Shown here: piece by piece, positions 1 through 13,323 of the stretch
Layout: every line of letters starts with the position of its first letter
How positions within the stretch are numbered: position 1 is the first letter of the stretch
Assembly (NCBI RefSeq): GCF_006345805.1
Contig: NC_043000.1
Span: 76,756,001-76,820,000 of the forward strand
Direction: 5' to 3'
Length of the DNA stretch: 64,000 nt
Source of the DNA: Octopus sinensis
Taxonomy: Eukaryota
Notes under the pieces: model-generated
Databases searched by the model: none
Told to the model about the DNA's origin: nothing
What the model saw: the letters and a program-made list of their open reading frames with translations, nothing else
Program-made: the position numbers and the translations under genes

Positions 1-513
1 CTGAGTCCCGCATATGTTCCCAAACATACATCATGTGAGCATACATCATGTGGACATATGTCATGTGGGCTTGATTACTAAGATTGAAGGTCCCCATGGG
101 ATTATAGAAAAAACGCAGTAACAGGTCGATCTGTTCGACGAAAACAGTGGCCTTCGAATTTTAGCTGTCTTTGCTTGATTGGCTGACGAGCGGTAAAGAT
201 CCATAGAGTGACTTGTTTGATATATGGTCGGCATAGTTACTACTGTTAGTTGTCATTGTTGTTCTTGCAGTTTTTGTCGTTATTATTGCTACTGTTGCCG
301 TTGTTATTCTCATTATTGTTATTGTTTTTGGTGATTCTGTTTGAAGTCTTTTGTCATTGTTGTAATATTTCGGAATTGTATTTGCCTGGCAAGTGACTTG
401 TTCTGAGACCGAGTGCCAGAACGGAAGCAATTACACCGTGGAAAAACCATTCTAGCCACTGAGGAAGACACACACATCCGCACGCACACACGCACACGCA
501 TACGCACACACGC

Positions 514-559
<46 letters not shown>

Positions 560-850
560 CCTGCAACATTCACTTTCATTTATTTCTTGAGATGGCAAAA
601 TTTTCGTGACATCGCTACGAAACGGTCACTACAAGACTACTCCAATAATAGTGGAAACTGTGTGTATTAGTGACAAGATCGCAGTAGTTTAACATCTCAT
701 GAAATATTAAAGTATATTTAAATCTTTTGTACATATTTGAATGGCTTTTGATATTGCTTTTTTATATGTTATATAATATGGTGTTGTAGCTGTTCTACTT
801 GCTAGTTGTGTTGTTACTTTAAATGTTTCCTTATTGCCCAACTTTTATGT

Positions 851-1130
851 GCTGAGAGGGATTCTTTGGTGTTTGAATAATTCACCTCTGGAAACAATGG
901 ATGTTTTTTCAACATCCTTAATCAACCCTTATTCAGGGACCTTTTGAGCAGGATGGGTTACTCGACCAGAAAACGGGTTACCCGACTGGGTCCCACCTGC
1001 AAGGTCATGTGCTGTTTATCTTGAAATGAGATCACCATGTCGCGTACATATGGTTGTGATGTATGTGCCTAGTGTACTCTTATCAGACGGGTAGTCATGA
1101 TGGGTATACTGGGCTTCGTATATTTTACAT
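851..1130 (+). repeat. Fragment of the ~420-bp (AAT)n-tailed interspersed repeat
   Basis: Near-identical to the internal part of the two copies at 9516-10370 (gagagggattctttgg...cgtatatttt). Confidence 0.8.
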
Positions 1131-1560
1131 ATTTTACATATTTCAGTAATTGACCAGTTAACTATATTGAAACTGTAAGTCATGACTGGTATGGCTAAAG
1201 CATTGATCGCTTCAATCCTGTTTCTCGCATTCAGCTCTGTCTTGAGTATTGCTCTTACTCTGCGATAACATTCTCTCCTGGTCCTTTCCTTCATCACTGA
1301 ATGCCTTATTCCGCCCCCTTCAATTACCCCTAGGTACTTGTAGCTCTCCGCTGGGTCTAATTCTTTTATGACATTCTGCTGGTCAAGGTTAACGTTAGAT
1401 GTTTCCGTCATTTTTTCTTTGATAAAAGTAGCTTTTGCACATTTATCGGGGCCAAATTGCATTCTGATGTCATCACTGAATTGTTTAACAATCGCTATTA
1501 TGTCTTTGAGTTGTTGGTCATTTTTTGCAAAGAGCTTTAAGTCATCCATGTACATAGATG
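1131..1560 (-). pseudogene. Non-LTR retrotransposon RT fragment (R4/Dong-like)
   Basis: Translation YMDDLKLFAKN...FGPDKCAK...YKYLGV...AINALAIPVMTYSF covers RT motifs 5-7 and the thumb. Truncated on both sides. Confidence 0.75.
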
Positions 1561-1593
1561 TAAACTTATGCATACATAGGTACACGCACATAA

Positions 1594-1642
<49 letters not shown>

Positions 1643-1938
1643 TGTATGTAATATTGCAAATGTGTGTGTATGTAATAAGGTCAAAATATCCCTTCATCGA
1701 AGTAAAATTAGTGATCCGATAAGAAACATTAAAATATTAAAATAATCAAGTGAAAAGGCATCTAGCCACAGATCAGATACTTTGTCATATGATTTGTATG
1801 TAAAACATGTTATACACGCGCCCGCGCGAACACACACACAGCTCAAACGTGCACTTTTACTGTTTTCGTGTCTATGTGCGTGTTTCTTTCTTTCTATATG
1901 GTCGCTTTTTTATCTGTCTGTCTATATATCTATCTATG

Positions 1939-2009
<71 letters not shown>

Positions 2010-2282
2010 GTCAGTCAGTCCGTCTGTCTCTCTAGTAATATAACTGAGTCTCGTCTGAATCGCGTATCAGTCTCGTCTATTATCAGTGGACCAGTAATGT
2101 ATGTTGTTTATATAAATGAGTTGGCACGTCAGTGAGTAAAAATAATTATAGCGACGACCTTCCCCAATTCCCTCCCTTCTTCGCTCGACCACCTTCCACC
2201 TCCGTTTCATTCCACACTAATATTAGCATTTTACACGTTACTACGTTAATAATATTGCTGGCAGAAGAAAAAAGAAATGAAC

Positions 2283-2314
<32 letters not shown>

Positions 2315-3157
2315 TGATGATGATAATAACAACAAAATAATCTTAATGACTTTCATTTTGAGTATTTTAGCTGTTGGGGGTGTTTGTCTCCCCTTCGTAA
2401 ATATATAAGGACACAGGAAAAGTGTGAAGGCCGACAGGAAGCGTCGATGCTTCCTAGGGCTAAACAGCGGCAGTGTAATTCCCTTACAGGACTGTCACGT
2501 TAAGTTGACAGTATACAACCACTCTATCGCTCCACCACCGTACATATCTCTATGAGATATTGAGAAATTTAATATTTCTAATTTTATATCATATATTATT
2601 AATATTTACTAAAACCTAAGAGGAAGGTATCTGTCCTCAATTCTTTCAGCCTCATTCACCACTCAACCTCTTTCGCCATTGCCACCAGACAGGGGAATAC
2701 TGCCTGCCCTGCCTTAGCAATAACAACAACAGCAACAGCAGGAATAACAACAAAAACAACAGCCACGACGACGATGACTATGATGATTATTGCTTTTATA
2801 TGCCACAAAACCGACGAGTGAGGAGTACATGACATGGGCAGATGACAAAGCTGGTGGCGATTGACACGGAATCGATAGTGGAAAAAAGGAACACTCACTC
2901 GCTCATAATACAGACATACAACTATGTCTAAAAGGAATGAAATGAAATGTCCCTCACCAGGGGTGGGGACAGCCACTTGGGGACCAGTCAAGGAACCTCC
3001 ACAGATCCAGGTTTAGTTTTTTCAAAGGCACCCAACTACGTTGTTCAACTTACAGGCACATGCTGAAAAGAGGCCAATGATGATGATGATGATGATGGTG
3101 ATAACAACAACAAGAGCGATACAAATAATGGAAATAACAATAATAATAATAATAATA

Positions 3158-3193
<36 letters not shown>

Positions 3194-3863
3194 GGATAAC
3201 GATGATGATGATGATGTTGAGGATGATGATGTTGAGGATGATGATGTTGAGGATGATGATGTTGAGGATGATGATGTTGAGGATGATGATGTTGAGGATG
3301 ATGATAATGATGATAATAATAAATGATAAAATAATTACACAATATAAATAAAAAATAAGAATTACTAAAATAGCTAAATATAATGAAAATAAAAGTAAGA
3401 TCAATATCGATATTAAAGAACAGCTAAAGTTTCTGCTGGTGAAGCTGAAAAAAGCCAAAATACATGAAAGGTATCGATAAAAATGTATATCAATCATTAA
3501 TTTCGACCAATAGGCCGAGTTGGTGTAGTAAAAACTTATATCAGAGAGAAACAGAAAGAAATATATTGAAATACAACAATATAAAAACAGAAAAACACAA
3601 CCACTACCCACACTACTGCAATAATATCAATCACAACAGCAACAGCAACTACAACAATTACCTCCACGACCATCACCATCTTCGTAGTAATAATAATGAC
3701 AGCAATAATAGTATCAGAACGAAGAAATAGTGGTGAATAAAGAGAGAATATGTATGTTGTTATTAGTTTACATACATATACACATACATACACATTCATA
3801 AATACACACACACACATGCACACATACATATAAGCATATAAGTACACATACATATATATGTAT

Positions 3864-3895
<32 letters not shown>

Positions 3896-4023
3896 ATATA
3901 TATATAGATTCAGATGAATTAGGTACTTAAGTTGAGGCACTAGAATTTAGTACAGTATTGTCCATACAGTTTCAAAGTAAGGTGATTAAAATCAAAATAA
4001 GCAACAGGATATCCAGAGGTAAT

Positions 4024-4107
4024 GCAGTACGATCGTTTCAAGCGACTCCATTTAACTGAACAATGCAACCATTACATTAATTTTAATGCAGAGCAATCCT
4101 CAGCTGC
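4024..4107 (-). ncRNA. Degenerate type I hammerhead ribozyme motif (PLE pLTR-like)
   Basis: Minus strand reads gcag-CUGAGGA...GAAAC-gauc-GUA-cugc. Stem I is GCAG/CUGC and the stem III loop is palindromic. The base of stem II is mismatched. Confidence 0.55.
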
Positions 4108-5080
4108 ATAAATACATAGAATTAAATTAAATTAAAACAGATGAACACATTAGTATAATTTTACCTAAAACCTCCAAGAAGGTAAGGAGATAGACAAAGA
4201 TCATACTGTCTTCACTTCAGCTTAGAAGCTACTAAGGTATCAGGAAAAAAGACTTGCTAGAGATCTAGCTTGTCACTGTTTTTGGAGGCCAGTTTTAATT
4301 TATAGTCTTGTTTATCAAATCTTTCTGTATCAAAATCTAAGGCCAAGGAACAGGGAGCAGTGTCTGTTAGGAAAGGGGCTGAGGGAGTCGACAGAAATCA
4401 TAGTGGGTATAGTCATAAAACTATCAAGATTAATTTGAAGCAATATAATGAGATTTAGTAAAAGAAAAAAATCTTAAATCAAGATGTTAGTTATCAATTA
4501 AAGGGGCAAAACTCTAGTAAAACCAATGATGATAATAAGGGGAAAATTTTATCATGGAGTACTATAGTTGAATACTTTAAACAAAATTGCTATATTGTAT
4601 AAAGTTAAAATTTAGGGTTATCAAGAAGATTATTAAGAAGAGTATTATAACCAAAAATATATATACCAAAATTTACCACAATAGAGGAGGAAAGAAATTA
4701 CATAGAAATAGTTTAATATTTATTCATATTATATATTTAAATATTAACTTATGAGATGGTATCTCTGAAGATAGATCATTGGCATTTACTGGTATTTAAT
4801 AAAGGAGTACTGAGACGAAAGAACATGCTAACTATATATTAATTAAATTATAATCTAAGCAGTTTATTATAAATTGTGAAGATACCAGTACTGTTATATA
4901 TAAGCTAAGTGTGAATTTCTAGGGGTACAAAAATTAGGTATATTTCATAAAGTCTATTATAAAATAATAAAATGATCATGTAGAACACCATAGAAAAGGA
5001 GTAAAATAGCTTAATCACTAAAACCATGATGAAGTATGTATACCTTATTAACATCAATAGAGATTTATATACACACTTCT

Positions 5081-5150
<70 letters not shown>

Positions 5151-5420
5151 CATACATATGTATGTGTATGTATATGTACACACATACACATATATATATA
5201 TATATACATATTAGAGGGAACCCCTATGTGGACACCCTTACGCTAGCATATTGTTAGCATAAGGGTCAACATAGTGGTTTCCCTCTAATATGTATATAAT
5301 AGAATTTTACTGAACCTTCAGTTTTTTTATATGCTAGACCACTGGTGTGAAATCGATGTTAATTAAATTGATATCTAATTTCTCACCATCATTTTAAATA
5401 TATATAATATATATATATAT

Positions 5421-5452
<32 letters not shown>

Positions 5453-5543
5453 CTGTGTGTGTGTGTGTGTGTGTGTGGTATGTAGAAGTGGGTATATATG
5501 TATTACTTATATTTTATAACTTAACCTTACGAACTTTTTAAAC

Positions 5544-5665
5544 GCTCTGACGAAGCCCTGAGGCACACCCATGTACCTGAATTTTATCTACCAAAGACTT
5601 CAGTTCACTGAAGGGATGGAAGTATAGTGGGATACTATGACCTCTTGACTAAAACAGCTGTAAGA
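5544..5665 (+). ncRNA. Degenerate hammerhead motif
   Basis: CUGACGA at 5547-5553 and aaaacagctgta at 5651-5662, where GAAA has become AAAA. Shares ctcttgac...aaacagctgtaag with the copy at 29244-29368. Confidence 0.45.
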
Positions 5666-6526
5666 AACTATTCTACTTTCTATCTTCTACGTTATATATT
5701 TTTATAATTACTGGTATTTTTATATATGTAAAGCATAATCTGTTATACATGTATGTATATTATTATAGTTGTTTTCTTTAAAAATAAATAAATAGACATA
5801 ATATAATGTCTAAAAGTTGATGAATACCACTCTCGATCCCCTCCATTTTCTTATTGCCCTACCAGGGTTAGGATTATCAAAAAAGATTATTAAGAAGAAT
5901 ATTATAATCTAAAGGATAAATAATTATGAATACTTTTGAGTATATACCAAAATCTACCACAATAGAAGAGGAAAGAAATTACATAGTAATAGTTTAATTT
6001 TTTTATTCAGCTCAGAGCTGTGGCCATGCTGATGCACCACCGTTATTCATATAAATTTATATATATTAGCTTTATTTCATAAAGGCTATTATAAAATAAT
6101 AAAATGATCAGGTATAACATCATAGAAAAGGAATAAAATAACTTAACCACTAAAACCATGATGAAGTATATATACCTTATTAACATCAATAGAGAAGATT
6201 ATAACCAAAAGGATAAATTTTTTTGAATACTTTTGAGTATATACCAAAGTTTACCACAATAGAGGAGGAAAGAAATTACATAGAAATAGTTTAATATTTA
6301 TTCATATAAATTTATATGTATTAGGTTTATTTCTTATAAATATATAAATTAAGAGTAAAACAACTTTTTACCCCCACCCATTTATTACATTCAGTAGTTT
6401 AATTGCCATGCAATAAAAAACACTTGTGTATTAATAAATGGGTATTCTACCAACAGTATATTGGAGAGATATTATCCCTTAAGTGGTTGGATCCACGACC
6501 TCTAACCTCTCTTGAAATTATATATA

Positions 6527-6558
<32 letters not shown>

Positions 6559-6560
6559 GT

Positions 6561-6598
<38 letters not shown>

Positions 6599-6645
6599 CA
6601 TGTTTATGTGTATGCCTCTATGTATGGGTTAATCTTTTATAATTT

Positions 6646-7200
6646 ACTAGCAGTATTGCCCGGCTCAACAGGGATTTCAGGGGAGAGTTTCAGGGAGTCG
6701 CTGGCGATGTATCATGATGATCAAAAATCTGGCCTGCTAAAATTTGGTTAAAGTGATTCAAACTGCAGACTCAACGCAAAATGGTCATATTTAATTCAAA
6801 GCGTTAAAAATGTTATGAAAACAATTGGTATGTGTTCACAAAGTCCAAACGATTAATACGAAAAAACCCTCCAGGCTACATCCCTAAAATTCATTTCTTT
6901 GCCGAATTGCTACAATGTTTACGGCGATTCGTTTTTATATCTTGATTTTTTATTTTTCATGCAAATTACACATGCTTGCACGCGTGGTGAACACAGTTCA
7001 CGTCAAACAGCTGACTGAGTAAAGTTCACTATTCAATGCATAGGATAAGGCCTAAACAAAAACATTATCGATTTTTGCACTTGCGAGATGAATTTCGGAA
7101 CAGAAATAGCGCAGTTCAATTTTCATTCGCCTAAACTTTAAGTGAGCCATTTTTGGTGGTTCTACGATTTGTTGGCTAGAAGGAGATGTGCCGGGAAGTT

Positions 7201-7276
<76 letters not shown>

Positions 7277-7310
7277 ACACAGACACACAAGTTGAGTTTT
7301 ATATATATAG
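6646..7310 (-). mobile_element. Non-autonomous Helitron-like element
   Basis: On the minus strand the 5' end is (at)ctatatatataaaactcaac followed by a (TG)n tract. The 3' end is gccgggcaatactgCTAG|t. The very 5' end is interrupted by a SINE. Confidence 0.55.
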
Positions 7311-7678
7311 GCGCAGGAGTGGCTGTGTGGTAAGTAGCTTGCTAACCAACCACACGGTTGCGGGTTCAGTCCCACTGCGTGGCATCTTGGGCAAGTGTCT
7401 TCTGCTATAGCCCCGGGCCGACCAATGCCTTGTGAGTGGATTTGGTAGACGGAAACTGAAAGAAGCCTGTCGTATATATGTATATATATATATGTGTGTG
7501 TGTGTGTGTCTGTGTTTGTCCCCCTAGCATTGTTTGACCACCGATGCTGGTGTGTTTAGGTCCCCGTCACTTAGCGGTTCGGCAAAAAGAGACCGATAGA
7601 ATAAGTACTAAAGGTGGTGCTCCAGCATGGCCGCAGTCAAATGACTGAAACAAGTAAAAGAGTAAAAGAGTAAAAGAG
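7311..7678 (+). mobile_element. tRNA-derived SINE, family 1 (full length)
   Basis: Head gcgcaggagtggctgtgtggtaag...ggttcagtccc, internal microsatellite and (AGTAAAAG)n tail. Flanked by a tatag duplication at 7306-7310 and 7679-7683. Many homologous copies in the window. Confidence 0.85.
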
Positions 7679-7755
7679 TATAGATTTATTTGTATTGATG
7701 TATGTGTGCATACGTACATACCTGAGCTTGTTACCACACCTATACATATTCTTTT

Positions 7756-7788
<33 letters not shown>

Positions 7789-7878
7789 TATATATATACA
7801 TATTTACATAATATATATATACACATATATATATATTATATATATATTATATATATATATGTGTGTGTGTTATATATA

Positions 7879-7955
<77 letters not shown>

Positions 7956-8065
7956 AATATGTATAGGTGTGCTAACAAGCTCAGGTATGTACGTATGCAC
8001 ATACATCAATACAAATAAATCTATATATATAAAACTCAACTTGTGTGTCTGTGTGTGTATATGTG

Positions 8066-8121
<56 letters not shown>

Positions 8122-8122
8122 T

Positions 8123-8183
<61 letters not shown>

Positions 8184-8188
8184 GTATA

Positions 8189-9421
8189 ATAAGGTTGTTT
8201 CACATGAGTGTCGCATTTTTAATTATCATTTCAGTCATTTAAAACACTCATTATGTATACCTGAATTAATTTGACTCTTTTTCTTTCCCAAAAATAATGA
8301 TATGCAAAATTCGTACCCACGGAGCTTATGTAAATGATAACAACCAAACTATGTTGAGTGATTTTCTCGTATGAGTACAAACTGGGTCACTCTGCCTCAG
8401 AAGCTCTACGGAATATCAAGCGAGCTTTTGGTAATGGTTTTGTTGACATCAGAACTGTTTAGAGATGGTTCCAAAGCTCTCGATCAAGAGATGATAGCCT
8501 TGAAAATAAACCAAGGGGTAGGCTAAACCAGTTATTCGGGATGATGGATTAAATGCTTTGGTTGAACAAAATCCGAGAACAAAGGTTCGAAAACTTTCAT
8601 CAGAACTCCAAACATCTCACAACTGTTTTTGGACACCTGTACAAAATTGGAAAAGTCAAGTAAACGGGTAAGTTTGTTACACATTAACGGAACGAGATTC
8701 AAAAAAATAGATACCTCCAAGTATGATCTTTATTGCTTTCTGGACTGGAAAAAGACCATTTTTGCATCAAGTCATTACTTGTGATGAGAAATGGTTACTC
8801 TTTGACAACAGTAGGAGAACAGGACAGTGATTAGATGCAGGAGAGTCACCTAAGCACTGCCCAAACCCACTATTGCACCCTAAAAAGTTAGTGGTCACTG
8901 TATGATGGTCTGCGAAGGGAGTTATTCATTATTCATTTTTTGCAATAAAAAAAACGTTAACAGCAACATCATATTGCCAGGAAATTGATTGTATGCATGA
9001 GAATTTGAAAAAAGAAGCAACCAAGACTAAATAGAGATGACCCAGTTTTGCTCCACGACTATTCACATCCTTACACTCCTCAAGCTACGTCCAAAAGTTA
9101 CAAAGCCTGAATTATGAGATTTTGCAACATCCTCCCTATTCTCCTGATATCTCTCCAACTGATCATCACTTATTTAAGCATTTTGAGCTTTTCATAAGCA
9201 ATTACACATTCTTAAATAGAGAAGACGTAAATGAAGCATTCGGACAGTTTATCACAGCAAAACATGAATTCTTTTTAAAGATGGAATGTATGACATAGAG
9301 AAACGTTGGGTAAACGTCATAAATCAACATGGATCATACTTTGATTAACTAAATCAGTTCTCTAACACTTCTGAAACATTTTATTGTTACCTTTCAAATA
9401 CGACATTTCATGTGAAACAAC

Positions 9422-9426
<5 letters not shown>
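8189..9426 (+). mobile_element. Full-length decayed mariner transposon (~1.24 kb)
   Basis: TIRs aggttgtttcacatgagtgtcgcattt and aaatacgacatttcatgtgaaacaacct. Transposase relic reads YEYKLGHSASEA...TCDEKW...LLHD...HPPYSPDISPTDHHLF, with stops and frameshifts. Flanked by (TA)n on both sides. Confidence 0.9.
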
Positions 9427-9482
<56 letters not shown>

Positions 9483-9515
9483 ATATAATAATAATATAAT
9501 ATGATGATAATAATA

Positions 9516-9921
9516 GACCTTAACCAGTTGAGCATGTCTCTTAGTGGCTGACGATATGTGCATCTCTGATCACGAGCAGAAGTAGTGGGGGAGCATCATA
9601 GCCATGTGTTGAGAGGGATTCTTTGGGGTTTGAATAATTCACCTCTGGAAACATGGGTGGTTCTTTCAACATCCTTAAACAACCCTTATTCAGGGACCTT
9701 TTGAGCGGGATGGGCTACTCAACCTGAAGAAAATTCTAACTGGGCTCCACCTGCAAGGTCATGTGCTGTTTATCTTGATATGAGATCACCATGTCGCGCA
9801 CATATGGTTGTGATGCATGTGTCTGGTGTACCCTTATCAGACGGGTAGTCATGATGGGTATATTGGGCTTCGTATATTTTACCCCAGTGTCACTTTGATG
9901 GCATGAACTGCTCTCTCACTC

Positions 9922-9968
<47 letters not shown>

Positions 9969-10370
9969 CCATGTTCCTTAATGCCTGACGATATGTGCAT
10001 CTCTGATCACGAGCAAAAGTAGTGGGGGAGCATCATAGCCATGTGTTGAGAGGGATTCTTTGGAGTTTGAATAATTCACCTCCGGAAATGTGTGTTTCAT
10101 TCAACATCCTTAAACAACCTTTATTCAGGGACCTTTTGAGCAGGATGTGTTACTCGACCACAAGAAAATTCTAACTGGGCCCCACCTGCAAGGTCATGTG
10201 CTGTTTATCTTGATATGAGATCACCACGTCGTGCACATATGGTTGTGATGCATGTGCCTAGTGTACCCTTATCAGACGGGTAGTCATGATTCATATACTG
10301 GGCTCCGTATATTTTACCCCAGTGCCACTTTGATGGCATGCACTGCTCTCTCACTCAATAACGATAATAA
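9516..10370 (+). repeat. Two head-to-tail copies of a ~420-bp (AAT)n-tailed retroposon-like repeat
   Basis: Copies at 9516-9966 and 9967-10370 align along their length. Each ends in ctctctcactc followed by (aat)n. Confidence 0.85.
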
Positions 10371-10680
10371 TTATAGGATGGAATTTATGAATATACATCG
10401 CGACGTACGTTTCCACAGATCACGTGATTTTGACATCAAAGTCGGTATCATTAGGATTAGTGCAGTATAGTCCGTATTATCCGTGGGCATCAGCATTGAT
10501 CCATTTCATTAGGCGATACTGTATAATTGGATGATTCACAGAAGGATGTTTACTCTTTCTCGCCTGATTAAATGGGTCAATGATGATGCCCACGGATATT
10601 ACGAACTATACTGTACTAATCCAAAAATTACCAACTCTGATGTCATTTTATGAGTTTATATATATATTCTTTTATTTTTT

Positions 10681-10879
10681 TTACTTGTTTTAGTCATTTG
10701 ACTGCGGCCATGCGGGAGCACCCCCTTTAGTCGAGCAAATCGACCCCAGGACTTATTTTTTGTAAGCCTGGTACTTATTCTCTCGGTCTCTTTTACCGAA
10801 CCGCTATGTTACGGGGACGTAAACACACCAGCATGTGAAGCAATGTTGGTGGGACAACCACAGACACACAAATACACAC

Positions 10880-10919
<40 letters not shown>

Positions 10920-11082
10920 ACACACACACACATATATATATATACGACGGGCTTCTTTCAGTTTCTGTCTACCAAATCCACTCACAAGGCCGCAGGGCTG
11001 AGGCTATAGCAGAAGACACTTGTCCAAGGTGTCATTCAGTGGGACTGAACCGAGAACCATGTGGTTGGTAAACAAGATACTT
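10681..11082 (-). mobile_element. SINE family 1, split by an insertion (the head continues at 13324-13355)
   Basis: Reverse complement of the 7311 SINE. The sequence stops at gtaaacaagatactt and resumes at 13324 with gtaaacaagctacttaccacacagccactcct. Confidence 0.85.
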
Positions 11083-13323
11083 TATTTCATAAATTTGTCA
11101 TATAGACAGTACAAAGAGCTTTGCGGGCTGGACAAACACATTAATGAATGAAAATGAATTATAATGAATAAATGAGAGACGAAACCCAACACCCGCCGAT
11201 TGGATTTTTCTCGAAAACATATTTTCTTTTTTTTTTAAAATCAATATAAGGTTTCGAACCTTTTACAAGGAGGAGGCACTAAAACCTCTTACTTAACATA
11301 TTTTCTTTTTTCTTTCTTAAAACACAAAATTAAGTTTATAAACCACTACAAAATAGTCCAATAAGGTGAGGTTTCAAACTCTGTAACGAGGGTCTTTCAC
11401 CTCCTACTCTTCGATACATTCATCGATATATTCATCATTATCTTCAATGCCGCTTGAGTTCCTGTATCCCGCCATTTCCCATGCCTCACTCATGTAGGAC
11501 ATGTAAGTCGTGTAAGGGCCACCAGGCCATATGCGACACTCCTCCCCAAATCCTTTAAGCCTTTCCCACAAGGGAAACCTTATGACCTCCACAGCTATCT
11601 GCGGAGGCCATTCGGGATCCCGTGTGAAGGGCATATCTACTGTTTCTTTAAATTCTTCTACTATTTGTTCACCTCCCCGCCCTTGTAGAAAAAGATAATT
11701 AATTGATCATCCTTAAGGTTGGGGGTGGTTTCTTCCACCGTGGGTGGTACAACTTCGGGACATGCAGTCGGCACATCATCTCCCTGCTGAGATGACTCGT
11801 TCTTCTTTCTTTTTTTTCTTTTCTTCCTGGCTTCGGGAGAGTGGAGCTCTTCCGCTTTGTCCGGAGACTCTCCCCCGCCTCCCGAAGCCTTGGGTTCCTT
11901 CGGCGGGCAATTTTTTAATCCTTTTTGAGTTGAGGAGGCTGAAGCCTCCTCGACCACATCCACCTCTCCCTTTGACCGGGATAAGGAGGTGGCATCTGGT
12001 GACTGTTCCAGGACCTTACCACGGTCTTGGGGCAGTTCCTTTTAATATGGCCTGGCTGCAGGCACGAGTGACACTTTGGGGGACGTCCCTCAAGTATCAC
12101 CGGATACCTGCAGCCAGCCATTTTCAAGAAATCTGGAAAAACTAGTTCTGTTGCTGCCGATGGGGTCCACAGGGTCAAAATCGCTTTTGACCCTTCCCAA
12201 TCGACCGCCGGCAATACTCTTACATTTAAGAGCTGGCCCGCCATCTCCCAGTCCCCGTTGGATGGTATCTCAATCCAATCCGCTTCGGTGCCGGGGGGAG
12301 CCCACATATCCAGGTTCGTATTATTTTCTTCCACAATATGACGGGAGAAACAGGATTTCCTTGCCTTCTAAAGGCTGACTCGCAAACTGGCGAGCTTTTT
12401 CCCCGTTGTCAAACAGCAACCATACGGTTGCATGTTTAACACCACGGGATATTTTACAGAGGACAAATGTTCTTTAAGTTCATTTTTTATGACTTGTTTT
12501 GGGAAGACGGTGATGGAATTAAGGACTTTAGAATATGTTCTAAGTACCACCGTCTTCTCTTCCATATCTTTTAACCACTGCTTAGGCGGGTTAATTTCCC
12601 ACTCTAAGACAGAGCTTTTCTTTTTAAGTTCCTTCTCTGCCATGTCAAAAAAACAGTTCAAAAGTAGTTCAAAAGACAGTCTGCCAAAAAATTAAACCGA
12701 ATAAAAATAAAACAAAATAAGGGGAGGGGAGGAAACTGAAATTAAAGTAATGAAAAGAATGAACCAAAAATTTTTAGAAAGAAAGAAATAATAGAAGAAG
12801 GGAAAAGTAAAAGAAAAATCTCACAAATAGCACAGACAGGGAATCCTTTGTATAATACTCCAAAAAGGTAATCCAAATGGCTTATTCTTTTTTTTTTCTT
12901 GGCGAGATACGCCTACTAGAATTCACAAGAAGAATTTTAAAAATCTCAATTCACCGTTACGGCCAAAATTTAACACAACTGTAAAACAGTTAAAAAAATC
13001 ATTCCAAATTTCTTCTAGGTACTCCTTAACAGGAACAACACTATTTTCAAACAGAAGTTTGGCAGGATACGCCTACCAAACCAATAATTTTCACAATTAA
13101 GTGAATAATATTTTCACTCAGCCTCCGGCAGACTAGAGCCTAGTAAGGACATGTTGCTTGTAAAAATAATTTGCAACATACAACAGGCCCCCACTAGACC
13201 CCCAAAATTCTTACCTTACGGCTGAGTATTCAAAAGTCTTAAATTTAAGATGGCATTCAAAAACACGTCATACATCTTCGGTGTCAAGCATAACACTGAC
13301 TTGCACATGCGTAGAAGCAACCT
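11083..13323 (-). mobile_element. ORF1-only (gag-like, CCHC) non-LTR retroposon, L1/Tx1-like
   Basis: 15-bp TSD with 1 mismatch. Frameshifted ORF at ~12661-11404 contains PVILEGRPPKCHSCLQPGHIKRNCP and a KKRKKRKK stretch. AATAAA at the 3' end. No RT or endonuclease coding found. Confidence 0.75.

Noticed and set aside
851-1560. Idea that the AAT-tailed repeat is the 3' end of the R4-like RT
   Set aside because: They lie in opposite orientations with an abrupt junction, which is more simply two separate insertions.
2420-2480. Hairpin aggaagc/gcttcct with hammerhead-like flanks
   Set aside because: Both core halves are mismatched.
7620-7660. SINE family 1 tail cagtcaaatgactgaaac resembles hammerhead stem II plus GAAAC and the PLE terminus at ~38440
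   Set aside because: The match is only about 15 nt and there is no upstream CUGANGA core, so it is too short to claim shared origin.
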